A program made the position numbers and the translations under genes. A DNA stretch of 64,000 nucleotides from Octopus vulgaris (taxonomy: Eukaryota): the NCBI GenBank assembly GCA_951406725.2, contig OX597820.1:65534001-65598000 (forward strand), read 5' to 3'. This document shows, in pieces, positions 24,804 to 37,265 of this stretch; positions within the stretch are counted from its first letter, which is position 1, and each line of letters opens with the position of its first letter. The notes under the pieces are model-generated. The model had not been told where the DNA came from, ran no database searches, and saw nothing but the letters and a program-made list of their open reading frames with translations.

Positions 24804-26257
24804 ACGCGCACACACACACACACACACGCATATAACCTTGCATCTAATTTTATTCAAATAGTGTAAATATGAGGCTTAACAACTTACAATTCAACAGAAA
24901 ATTTAATATACGGTTTGCTTAAATTGATGATGAAAAAAAATAATATTGATTTATTTGTTCAATTTTTCCATTTGTTCTGAAAACACTGTTTCTCTAGGCT
25001 TTAGACGCATACACACACACCTCTCTTTTTCACTATCTTACAATCGCATATTACAAACACGCGCTTATATAGAGAGAGACAGATATATGTATCTATACAC
25101 ATGTAAAAATATATATGCATGCGTGTATATACATACGTATATACTCAAATATAAGTGGATGTTATGTAAAAGTTCGACCCCAGGCTTTCATATCAACATT
25201 TGCCTCTTGAAAGACTGTCATATGTGTGAAGCATCCGGTAGGAAATTAATTTCCTCCTATTAAACCTTTTGATGTAAAATTTATGCAGTCTATAGGTTAC
25301 ACTTTTTAAAAACTTTACCATCAAGAATCACGATAATATTCATTAGCACAATGCAAAATGTATCCTATAGTTAGCTTAGAGGCACCATCTGATCTACGAT
25401 GTGTTGGACTCAAAAGATCAGCGACAAAACATGGTGGTATATATATGTTGTTGCTGCTTCACGTAGCGAAGTTAACAGTCTAACGGTGTTTGCTTATTTG
25501 TTCATATATTCTGAGGATGTTTATGTTACAAGTCATTAGTTATGTAGAGGGTGCTACAGGGCCGGCGCAAAGGTCATAATCCCACCAGGAGTAAAAAGGT
25601 TTCTTTCATACTGCATTCGTGTATTGATTAGATAGATTTAAGGGAACTTTTTCTGAGCGTCAATGGCAAATGATATTGATGTTAAATATAGTACATTCTC
25701 TTATAAGGGTTAAACCTATAGACTGGTTTTCCTATTGATGGACACTTCGGTTTGTTACAATGATGTGAATATTCACTGAGGTTGTGTGGCAATTACTAAG
25801 TCCAATTAAGAATATGTCCTGTTAAGGATGCTTCATGTTTTTGTAGTCACGTGGCTTCCTTGATTTCGTATTCTCCATATAAATAATGAGAGGAAAGGGG
25901 ACTCTAGCTGCAATGATGCAGCTGAATTAGTTTGTTAATTCATTGTGAAATCGCCAGAGAATCGCCATTTGGAATAACAAGTGGAAACATCTGCAGCAGC
26001 TAAAATGTTAGGTTTGAGAAGTAAATTGAACTGAAAATGAAGGACCACAAATTTTCTCACTTGAAGCAATAAATTTTCTCTACATCGCTCTATTTTATCC
26101 CAATTCATCCGATTTGCCCAGCCTCTTTTAAATATATGTGACATCGAGTATTGCAGAACTGTGTCAACTTGTACGTACTTTCACAGACGCGGCACCCGTT
26201 CTGACACAAGCACAAACGCACACAAATACACAAGGACTCACACAAACACACACACAC

Positions 26258-26300
<43 letters not shown>

Positions 26301-26404
26301 ATGTATGTACATATCTATGTATACACACACAGACACACATATTTATATATCTGTATATATAACAGTGCATTATTGAATACATATATATATATACATACAT
26401 ATGC

Positions 26405-26500
<96 letters not shown>

Positions 26501-26644
26501 CACCCACACACACAAACACACACACATATATATATATAGAGAGAGCGGGAGATTAATTAATTAATGGCAGAATATAAGGTTAAAATTCACGTTAATGATT
26601 TTTATCAGGTAGTCAGCATGCAATAAAAGTTTATAGGCAATTTA

Positions 26645-27237
26645 TATATTAAATTAACAATATACATATGTATAGAATTATGTTAAGGGACCAAGGGCTA
26701 AAACGACCTATCTCCAGTGAACCTGAAATGCCAATATCTTGAAAAAACTACCAAAAACTCCAGAAAAATATGCACGTGGCTGAAAGCGTGCTCGTGAAAG
26801 AATACTAAAATGTCCTCACGTTAATTGTGATTTGGTTCTAATTTCTAGATAAAAGCCTAAAACAGGCTTTCCTCAATCGTCAACACAATATAAGGGGAAA
26901 TATAAATCCAAACAATTGTACATAAAGTACAAAGCAGTTTCACACGTCTACATACAAATATTTGCACGTGTAGATATGGTATATAAAGTGATTTGGATTT
27001 ATATTTCCCCGAGTATTGTGTTGACGAATTAAGAAACCCAGAAATTGGGACCAATTCACTATTAACATCAGTTCATTTTAGTATTCTTTCACTAGCCCGC
27101 TTTCAGCCATGTATATATTTATCTGGAGGTTTTGGTAGCTTTTTGAGGGTATCGGCATTTCAAGCATGCTAGAGGTAGGTCGTTTTCTCCCTTGCTCCCT
27201 TAATATGATTATATATATATGTATATTATTATCAATT

Positions 27238-27245
<8 letters not shown>
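26645..27245. repeat. Diverged ~200-bp inverted repeat pair between (TA)n tracts
   Basis: GGCTGAAAGCG.GCT.GTGAAAGAATACTAAAATG (~26778-26811) mirrors CATTTTAGTATTCTTTCAC.AGC.CGCTTTCAGCC (~27074-27108). The outer arms also match. Confidence 0.8.
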
Positions 27246-27300
<55 letters not shown>

Positions 27301-27727
27301 GTATATAGGTATACTTACGTATGCATATGTATGTGTGTGTATGTGTGTGTGTACGAGTATGTAGATATATGAAAGAAAGAGATATTCCACACGTATGAAT
27401 TACAAATATTTTTGATAGCAGCCTGATTCAATAAGTTTGATTTAAAACTTCGTAGACGCATATGACACATTCATCCCATGAGATTTTAGAAGAGTTAGAG
27501 ATTTGAGATAAATTTACGCATCTTTTGGCCATCTTAGGTTACCTAGTTTTAATACTATGAATGCGGAACCCTTCTATTTTCTATATTTCTCGTTCCACTG
27601 TGCATGAGGGCAAGGATGAGGAGGAAGGTGTCTGTTTTTATCAATTTCAGTTGTGTCCACAACACTTATCAAAGAAAAGTTCTCTGCCATTTGAGACCAA
27701 AGATGGTGCGCGGACAATCTTTCCTGC

Positions 27728-28110
27728 TAAACTCGGTCAACATGTAAAAAGTGCACATGTAAAAAAACAGTGCACAAGTAAAAAAAGGGCACATGTAAAA
27801 ATTGCACATGTAAAAAAGTGCACATGTAAAAAGTACACTTGTAAAAAAGTGCACATGTAAAAAGTGCACATGTAAAAACAGGGCACATGTAAAAAAAAGT
27901 GCATATGTAAAAAGTGCACATGTAAAAACCTGCACATGTAAAAAAGTGCACAAGTGAAAAAGTGCACATGTAAAAAGTGCGCGTGTAAAAAGTACACATG
28001 TAAAAAGTGCACATATAAGAAAAAGTGCACATGGAAAAAACGTGCACATGTAAAAAAACTCGGTCAGCATGTAAAAAGTCAAGTAAAAGATGCACATGTC
28101 AAAATTCTTC
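27728..28110. repeat. Minisatellite of ~16-19-bp units AAAAAGTGCACATGT (about 20 copies)
   Basis: Direct reading. Bracketed by AAACTCGGTCA.CATGTAAAAAGT at ~27729 and ~28056. Confidence 0.92.
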
Positions 28111-28529
28111 AAGTCAGAATTCATCGGGCGACAAAAACATGTGCAGAACTGTTTCGCCGCTCTGCATGAAGCTTGGTTAGGCCCGTCTGGTGACACTTCC
28201 ATGTCTTTAGAGTTCTCTTGAGCCGGCACTGCCCCTTTGCAGCACCACCGAACCATACAATTCTGAATGTTATTCGTAGACCCCTAGCTGAATTCCTTCC
28301 GAATAAGACCAGCCAGTTGGTCCTAATCGACATCCAGATTCTCCGAGGAGTTCATCACTCTTTACCACCACCACTAGCCCTCTATACCTTGCCAATGCAG
28401 AATCTCCATTGGCATCACTGTCCGACTAACACAGGCCTCTGAGATCCTAACAACATTCCACAGGCTAAACCAAGCATCTATAGGTTTGCTCTGTGAACCG
28501 ATAATTCATAGAAGATGGTAGAATAACAA

Positions 28530-28749
28530 TATTTCAATAGGCGAGAGGTTCCTGTTTTTAAGGATGTCATAGAAGACCTGGCTAGAGGCCTAACCTTCCG
28601 AGCTCTTTTACAAGGTTTAGAAAACCTGAAGGACCGCTGCAATAAGTGCGTGAATTTTAGAGGGAAAAATGTTGAATAAAATCATAATTAACTGTTCCTC
28701 TTGTATTTTCTTTTATCCAAACCCAGGAACTTTCAAGCACCCTGTCGTA
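28530..28749 (+). mobile_element. Mariner 3' remnant
   Basis: Frame FLQGLENLKDRCNKCVNFRGKNVE* matches the mariner C-terminal GI..L..RW.KC....G.Y.E pattern. It is followed by a TIR-like GAACTTTCAAGCACCCTGTCGTA ending in TA. Confidence 0.65.
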
Positions 28750-29136
28750 AGCTTAGTCAATCAGCATAATGTTTTCAATCAGCATGGAGCTTGCTTCCCT
28801 ACCACATGGTTTTAAGTTCAGTCCCACTGCATGGCACCTTGAACAAGTCTTTTTTACCATAGCCTCGGGCTGACCAATGCCTAGTAAATGGATTTTGTAG
28901 ACGGAAACCTAAAGAAGCTGTCATATATATATATATATATATATATATACTAAGCAATTAAGGGTTTAGCAACGAATTGCCTCACCACACACCGAATTTA
29001 GAAATAGCAGTCAAAGAGTTATAGCTATTCTTTCTACTAAAAGGGAGATCTCAGTAAAAACACAGCACTTGAAAGGCAAACACAGACAGGTAAGAGAGAA
29101 TAAAATGACGGCAATCTATCATACAATTTTAAGTCA

Positions 29137-29227
29137 CCTACGGACGTACGTTTCGAAATCAAGTTTTAGGAAAGCATAAGAATTAGATAATTCTACCTTA
29201 CCCAACTTCTTTTCTCATCAGCGTAGG
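29137..29227 (-). ncRNA. Type I hammerhead ribozyme
   Basis: Minus strand reads CCUACG-CUGAUGA-GAAA...UUUC-GAAAC-GUAC-GUC-CGUAGG. Perfect 6-bp stem I, palindromic stem III ACGUACGU. Confidence 0.9.
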
Positions 29228-29560
29228 ACACTACAATTATGAATAATTGTATATTAAATTTTGAGATACTAGAAGGCATCATCTCAACTCAGTATCAGAG
29301 CGAGCTAAAGCCATTACCAGTACCACCAAATTCAAAGTGTGAATGAAAGTTTGTGTCACCAGCCCCTTCCCACCCGCGTGTAGCCAAGACAAGATGCTGT
29401 GGTCATTTACTGGGATGAAATATGGTTATCAGTAACAATAAAGGGTGAATGAGGCTTTTACATGCCGAAATCTACTTGGTGCAATTAATAATTATTCCAA
29501 ATTAATTAATTTCACCCTTTATTGTTACTGATAACCATTTACTATCTTGCACTTTAAGAA

Positions 29561-29775
29561 GGCGGCGAGCTGGCAGAAACGTTAGGGCGCCAGGCGAAAT
29601 GCTGAACGGTATTTCGTCTGCAGTTACGTTCTGAGTTCAAATTTCGCCGAGGTTGACTTTACTTTTCATCCTTTCGAGGTCGATAAATTAAGTACCAGTT
29701 GAACATTCGAGTCGATGTAATCGAGTAGCACCCTCTCCTAAAATTCTTGGCCTTGTGCCAAAATTTGAAGCCAAT
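29561..29775 (+). mobile_element. tRNA-derived SINE, family C
   Basis: Head GGCGGCGAGCTGGCAGAAACGTTAG, B-box GAGTTCAAAT, central TTTCATCCTTTCGAGGTCGATAAATTAAGTACCAG. Confidence 0.85.
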
Positions 29776-29776
29776 A

Positions 29777-29991
29777 TACTCTTTTACTTGTTTCAGTCAT
29801 TTGACTGCGGCCATGGCGGAGCACCGCCTTTAGTTGAGTAAATCGACCCCAGGACTTATTCTTTGTAAGCTTAGTACTTATTCTATCGGTTTCTTATGCC
29901 GAACCGCTAAGTTACGGGGACTTAAACACGCCACCGTCGGTTGTCAAGCGATGTTGGTGACAAACACAAGCACACAAACTTATACACACAA

Positions 29992-30040
<49 letters not shown>

Positions 30041-30209
30041 TATATACGACGGGCTTCTTTCAGTTTCCGTCGACCAGTTCCACTCACAAGGCTTTGGACG
30101 GTCGAAGCTATAGTAGAAGATACTTGCCCAAGGTGCCATAAAGTGGAACTGAACCCGGAACCATGTGGTTGGTAAGCAAGCTACTTACCACACAGCCACT
30201 CCTGCGCCT
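29777..30209 (-). mobile_element. SINE family A
   Basis: Complete copy ending CCACTCCTGCGCCT, tail-to-tail with the family C copy. Confidence 0.9.
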
Positions 30210-30877
30210 AGAACTTTAAATACAGACCATATTTTAATCTGCTGCAATAGAAAAATGAATATGAAATAACATTACATTTTTCATTGGCAAATACAAGAAA
30301 CATCACCAGCCAAATCTTCTTAAAGATTTCTCAGCGGATACATGGCACTCCTACAGTTTTTGGTCGAAGTTTCAGCGACAGTTCATTAAGTGAAGAGTTT
30401 TAATTGTATATTTATTGACACAAATTAAGAGAAATACTGACTGGACAAGACGCTGTCTGCATGATAATTAGATATGCGCCTATGTTAGAGCATATTTTAT
30501 TATTAGAATTTAAAAAGGATGGCAGAGTGATTGTATAAAGAGAAGAAAATATTAATTGATGATTAATTCCATAAATTTTATTATGAAGCACGCAAGATAC
30601 GCTGAGCCGTTTTGTAGAAGATTGGCTACAGATTGGAGGGAGTGGAAAGCAGGAGGTGGAGGTATATATTTCTCATTGTAGAAAAGGCCACGTTTATCGA
30701 AATGCAGACGTGGAAATAATTGATATTACTATGAAAAATCGGTAGTCAATTAAGGAGTTTCTACGCATGCGGTGAAATAGCTTGAATTTCACTCGAGCCA
30801 CAGTATACTATCTAAAAATTGATAGATCGATAGATAAATACATAGATAGATAGATAGAGAGATAGACAGATAGAAAG

Positions 30878-31038
30878 CCTGGCAGAATCGTTAGCACGCT
30901 GGGCCAGATGCTTAGCCGCATTTCGTCTATCGTTACGTTCTCAGTACAAATTCCGTGGTCGACTACGTCTTTCATCCCTTCGGGATCGATGAAATAGGTA
31001 CCAGTTCAACACTGGCCTTGTGCTAAAATTTGAACCAA
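30878..31038 (+). mobile_element. SINE family C, degenerate
   Basis: CTGGCAGAATCGTTAGCACG...TTTCATCCCTTCGGGATCGATGAAATAGGTACCAG. Confidence 0.7.
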
Positions 31039-31144
31039 TATAAATAAATAAATATATAATATATATATATGTGTGTGTGTGTGTGTATGTGTGTGTGCAT
31101 GTATGTATGTATGTATGTATGTATGTATGTATGTATGTATGTAT

Positions 31145-31320
31145 GTTTAACTACAGGTCAGCGCTGTGTAGCCATAAGTTAGCGCTGTTTAACCGCAATT
31201 CAGTGCTGTTGAACCGCAGCTCAACGCTGTCGAACCGCAGTTCAGCGCTGTTTAACCGCAGCTCAGCGCTGCTTAATCACAGCTGAGCATTATTTAAGCA
31301 CTGGTCAGTGTTGTTTTAGC
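31145..31320. repeat. Degenerate 21-bp tandem repeat (TCAGCGCTGTTTAACCGCAGC-like, about 8 copies)
   Basis: Direct reading. Confidence 0.8.
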
Positions 31321-31809
31321 CGTACGTCGGAGAAGAACCATGATCAAAGCAGTCTCAGTTGTGTCTACGCCGTCTTTTATTCACAAATTATACCTTGTGC
31401 CTCATTATTTTGAGCTTCGTTACCCCTCTGAAGACGGGTTGAGTTGTTCATATAATCTTAACTTGTGTTATTTCATATACATTCTCTAGCATTTAATTCG
31501 TGTATATGTACACGACACACGTTACTGCACTCACTAAACAACAAAACCCAGAAACAGCCGTAAATTATTTCCCCACATTCTCTACTCTCTTATTTGTAAC
31601 GTTCGAGTAGGAAATCCCGAGATTTTCACCTACCTATTCAAGAAGCTCTATGTAGGACTACTTGGATTCTCTCCTTTCTTTGTCCGTGACAAAAGAGTAT
31701 GAACTCTCGCGGCATATATCTGCCTACGAAGAATTACTATGAACATTCGTTTTCCAACTTTTCCAGTTCTTTGTCTATAATTTATATATTTTTATACTCA
31801 CTTACCTTC

Positions 31810-32033
31810 TATCTTGCTTAAGTCATTAGACTGCGGCCATACTGGAGCACCACCTTGAAGAATTTTAGCCGAACGAATCGACCCCAGTATCTTTCTTAAA
31901 CACGGTGCTTATTCTATCGATATCATATGCTAAACCGTTAAGTTACGGGTACGTAAACAGGTCCACACCGGTTGTCATGTAGTGGTAGTGAAGAAACACA
32001 AAGGCACACACACACACATAGAAATATACATCC

Positions 32034-32076
<43 letters not shown>

Positions 32077-32373
32077 GAGGCGCAATGGCCCAGTGGTTAG
32101 GGCAGCGGACTCGCGGTCGTAGGATCGCGGTTTCGATTCCCAGACCGGGCGTTGTGAGTGTTTGTTGAGTGAAAACACCTAAAGCTCCACGAAGCTCCGG
32201 CAGTGGGTGGTGGCGATCCCTACTGTACTCTTTCGCCACAACTTTCTCTCACTCTTTCTTCTGTTGTCCTGCTCGCTTAGCCAGCGGGGTGGCGTCATTC
32301 GAAGGTTAAAACAATGCGAACGCATTGTGACCAGCGATGTGTTGCAACACCTGATGGTCTGGTCGGTCACGTG

Positions 32374-32436
<63 letters not shown>

Positions 32437-32588
32437 GCGACGAGCTTCTTTCAGTTTCCGTCTACTAAATTCACTCAAAATGCTTCGATTGGCCCGAGGC
32501 TATAATAGAAACACTTGTCCAAGGTGACACGCAGTAGGACTGAACCTGGAACCATATGGTTGGGAAGCTTCTCACCACACAGCCACGC
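31810..32588 (-). mobile_element. SINE family A interrupted by a family D SINE
   Basis: Family A body at 31810-32040 and head half at 32436-32588, separated by 32076-32372. Confidence 0.75.
32076..32372 (+). mobile_element. tRNA-derived SINE, family D
   Basis: GGCGCAATGGCCCAGTGGTTAGGGCAGCGG...GGTTTCGATTCCC. A second copy is reversed at 34802-35085. Confidence 0.85.
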
Positions 32589-33192
32589 AACTATTTTATA
32601 ACTGACTTGATGCCATTTACAACCGTCTATCAATCAATTGGTTTGTAATACCTCCATTAGCTCGACTTGTACATTGCCTACAGCCCTGAGTTAGACGTTG
32701 GTTATTAACAATCTCGTCCGGTCTGAGCACTTTTCGATGTATTTATTATATGCCATTTTTCTATATATTCTAATCCATTGTATGTGAGTGTGTGTGTATG
32801 TGTGTAAAAGAAAATGTTCATTTGAAAGAAAATTTTCATTTTATATTGCGTTCTGATGTAACAGCTACTTTGTGAATATTTTATGCTACCTTTTGAGATA
32901 TTGATTTTGCGACCCTGATTATAATTCGTTGTAACTATTAGCTAACTATTAACGAATGAGTCACAAACTAAAGATATGAATATATTTTCTTCCTTTCCGC
33001 TTTCTTTTCTAATTTGTTTATTTTATTCCTTCATTCTTACGTAAATAGAAATACTGATAGAAAATGGGACATTGAAAAGCCACAATATCATAAAGCCGTC
33101 GAGAAAGTAATAAGAAAAAGGCAGTAAGTCATCTAAAGAAAGAAGAGGAGAGAATCCGAGATAGATGGATAGATAGATAGATTGATCGATCG

Positions 33193-33304
<112 letters not shown>

Positions 33305-33970
33305 GGGGAAGAGAGATGGGAAAGGGAAGTGCAGAATGAGAGAGTGAGTCAGTGAGTGGAGGAATGAGTGCTGTAATGAAAATGCGAGAGTGTGACTCAA
33401 TTGATTGACAGCCGGTGTGCATTGCTAAAGGACGCTATTGATCAGCACTTAAGTGATTGATACGAGGCAGGAAAAAAGAGGAAAAGAAAGAGGGGATTGG
33501 CGGTAAAACAGCAGGGAGTGGTCCTCGTATTCAATGAAGCGGCAGAGAACTATATGTCTATTTAATAGAACAACATTATCTGTGAATCGGTTTTCAATGA
33601 CGACACCACAAGCTACATACCAGCTGAACGTCATTGACCTTTTGTTTCCTCCAGCAAAAACAATTCGCTTGTGTTTCTTTCTCTGCTTTTCACTCTCAGG
33701 AAATTTATGTAATTTGTTTTGTAATGCCAGTGTGGTTGTGTGCGTTGCTCTCTAAGTGTGTCTGTGTGTGTGTGTGCGCGCGTGTGTGTGTGTGTGCATA
33801 TATGTGTGTCTTTGTACGTGTGTGAGTGTTCGCGTGTGCATATATGTGTGTGTTTCTGCGTGTGTGTGTGTCTGCGCATGTATATGTATATACATGTATG
33901 CACACTCATACATGCATATGTGTATATACATACAGACACACACTAACATACATATGCATACATATATATG

Positions 33971-34050
<80 letters not shown>

Positions 34051-34288
34051 ATGTTTATATTTATATATAGACATATTCAGAAATAGATATCGATGTATGT
34101 GTATGTGTGAGTGTGTATGCGTATGAGTGTGTACATATATATGTGTGTATATATATATATGCATATATGTGTGTATATATATATGCATATATGTGTGTAT
34201 GTATGTACATTATACGTGTATATATGTATGTATATATGTATATATGTATATATGTATATATGTATGCATATATATATATATGTAAATG

Positions 34289-34322
<34 letters not shown>

Positions 34323-34376
34323 GCAATAATAATTCTCTAAACGAGATATAGACAGTAACTGCTAATGTCACTTATG

Positions 34377-34436
<60 letters not shown>

Positions 34437-34801
34437 AAATATGATTGTCTATGAATATATGTGCACGATATATATACGTATGTATGTACGTATGTTTATA
34501 CCTGTTTGTGCATACATATACACGCACACAGACGCATACAACACGTAAGCGAACACACACATCCCTTTAAGACTACTAATTCGTATGAATTTAGACGATC
34601 ATATCAAGCATAAAACAATTTTCTAAGTCTGAAACATATCGTAACATACAAAAATTGTTGATCTGCTAAGCTACATGGCATGAAGAAGGGCGTCGTTATC
34701 AAATGATGAGAACATACGGAGAAAGACACCTACAGATACACAAACATACATACATGCATTGATATATATATACATCTTTATTCATTTTTCTTTCTTTTTT
34801 A

Positions 34802-35083
34802 CGACCAGGCTATCAGATGCTGCTACACATCGCTGGTCACAATGCGCTTCGCATTGTTTTTGCCTTCAAATGACGCCACCCCGCTGGCTAAGCAAGCAGG
34901 CCAACAGAAGAAAGAGTGAGAGAAAGTTTTGGCGAAAGAGTACAGCAGGGATCGCCACCAAACCCTGCCGGAGCCGCATGGAGCTTTAAGTGTTTTCACT
35001 CAATAAACACTCACAACGCCCGGTCGAAACCGCGATCCTACAACCGCGATTCCGCTGCCCTAACCACTGGGCCATTGCGCCTC

Positions 35084-35085
<2 letters not shown>
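34802..35085 (-). mobile_element. SINE family D
   Basis: Reverse complement of 32076-32372. Confidence 0.85.
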
Positions 35086-35153
<68 letters not shown>

Positions 35154-35987
35154 ATAGATAAGGTTATATACAAAGACACACGCACGTAACTAAATACATA
35201 CACACACACACTCTCTCTCTCTTTCTCTCTCTCTCTTTCTCTCACTCTCTCTTTCTCACACACACTTATGTATATGTGTATTTATCATAGATGAGTTCGT
35301 TGACCGTTCTTTACTATAATATTGGGAAGTGTCGGATGGTCAATATAGAATGGATAATATCTTCTAATATTCACGCATTTAAATATTTCAAACTGCTTCG
35401 TTTAACTTTTAACCAATCATTAAACCATAATCTTTTTTGTTATTCGTATATAGCTTCTATTTTGATTTGCATGAATTTCATCAGTATGAAGCAATTACGA
35501 ATTTTTGAATTATTATTCTATTATATTTCATTATGGAATGAGAGAGAGATAGAGGGAGAGATAGAGATAGAGAGAGAGAGAGGGAGAAAGAAAGAGAGAC
35601 AGACAGAGAAAAAAGACGATGTTTTGGCAAAGATAAGGTAGGGAAGGTATATGAAATATTATAAGAGACGGATATGTAGTTATAAATTTAAATACAAATT
35701 AATAAAGACACGCCTAGATTATTTTCTTCTTTTTCGTGAAAATAATAATTGTAATTTCAGGGGGATGCAATTATTACGGTGGTTATTCCTTAGGTCATAC
35801 CTCTGTTATACCGTTTAGAAGGAATATAATTAATTCCAACTAGTTTCAGTGACGTGTCACATTATACGCACAGCTATACACAATATATGTGTGTGTGTGC
35901 GTGCACGTGCGTTGGGTTTGTAAGTATGTATGTGTCTTTGTGTATGTGTAGAGAGACATAGCAAGACAGACAGACAGACAGACAGAC

Positions 35988-36080
<93 letters not shown>

Positions 36081-36457
36081 TAGATTAACGTGTTTATACG
36101 TAGTTCCACTGAAAGCTAGTGAAACATGAACCGAAAACCCTTCCAATGCATACTTATTGTGTATAAAATTCATTTCTACGAAGAAGTAACTGACACTAAC
36201 ATCACAGTTTTGTTTACGTTTTTTCAGTTACACTACGTAACAAATACATATATATGTATACACATATATTTATATACATGTGTGTATATATGCCTTGGTA
36301 TGGGTATCTATGTATCATGAATATTTATATAATTACGTATGAATATATACTCACATACATACATATACATTCATGCATTATAATTTATGTATGTATATGT
36401 ATATATATATTTTTTTTTTCCTCCGTCTTCCCTTCTTTGGATCTTTCCTTTTCCTAT

Positions 36458-36492
36458 GTTTCTGACGAAGAGCTCCGCTCGAAACATTAAAC
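36458..36492 (+). ncRNA. Minimal/variant hammerhead-like motif
   Basis: GTTT-CTGACGA-A-GAGC-TCC-GCTC-GAAAC-ATT-AAAC. Stem III is essentially absent. Confidence 0.5.
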
Positions 36493-36659
36493 CCTCCTTC
36501 TTTCCTTCTTTCCTGAGCGTCCAATAATTCTATACTTGTTCCACGTCCTCGCGTTGTTGTGTTTTCTCTTTGTGTTTTCATGAGTGTGCATGCATTTATA
36601 TGTATGTATATCACGTATACACAACTGAAGCAGTTGTTTATAAATAGCCGGCTCGTCTA

Positions 36660-37030
36660 TCTCTCTATATATAAACGGCAGTTTGTCTGTGCGTGTTTCT
36701 GTGTGTATGTTTGCTTGTACCCTCACCCTGACCACGGCTTTCAACCGATTCTGATGAAACTTGACACACACATAGCCCAATGTCATAATTCAAAACTAAC
36801 GCAGCGAAAATTTTGAAAAGTTCCCCCAGTTCTGAAAAAGTCGATAAAATCGACATGGGGTCGAGAATCAGAAACAAACCACAGACTGTCTAGGGGACGC
36901 AACTCAACCTTTTTTAACTCAAAAAAAAATTTACCATCATTTTTTTTGCTATTTTTTGGCTATAACTCTCTAAAAATGCTTTATAGTTATTTCCCTTACA
37001 AACCTGAGCAACGCCGGGCGATACTGCTAG
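36660..37030 (+). mobile_element. Non-autonomous Helitron
   Basis: 5'-TC start, subterminal imperfect hairpin CCTGAGCAACGCCGGG, CTAG-3' followed by T. A second copy is at 40085-40461. Confidence 0.85.
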
Positions 37031-37040
37031 TATATCATAC

Positions 37041-37265
37041 TTCTTGAGCAAGACACTTTATTTTTACGTTGCACCATTACCCTCAGATGGCAAAAATGAA
37101 TTGTACCTGTAAATCAAAGGACCTGCCTTGTCGCATTCTGTGTCACGCTGAATCTCCCTGAGAACTACATTAAGGGTACACGTGTCTGCAGAGTGCTCAT
37201 CTTCCTGCATGTTAATTTCCACGAGCAGGTTGTTCCGTCGATCGGATCAACTGGAACTCTCGTCG
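37041..37265 (+). mobile_element. SINE family B, head-truncated
   Basis: CTTGAGCAAGACACTTTATTT...TGTCACGCTGAATCTCCCTGAGAACTAC... Confidence 0.75.

Noticed and set aside
27669-28256. Cys/His/Lys-rich repetitive ORFs, or a CRISPR-like array
   Set aside because: A short-unit minisatellite with no unique spacers and no cas genes, in eukaryotic context.
36750-36765. CTGATGAAAC in the Helitron as a hammerhead
   Set aside because: No stem II and no paired NUH or stem I.
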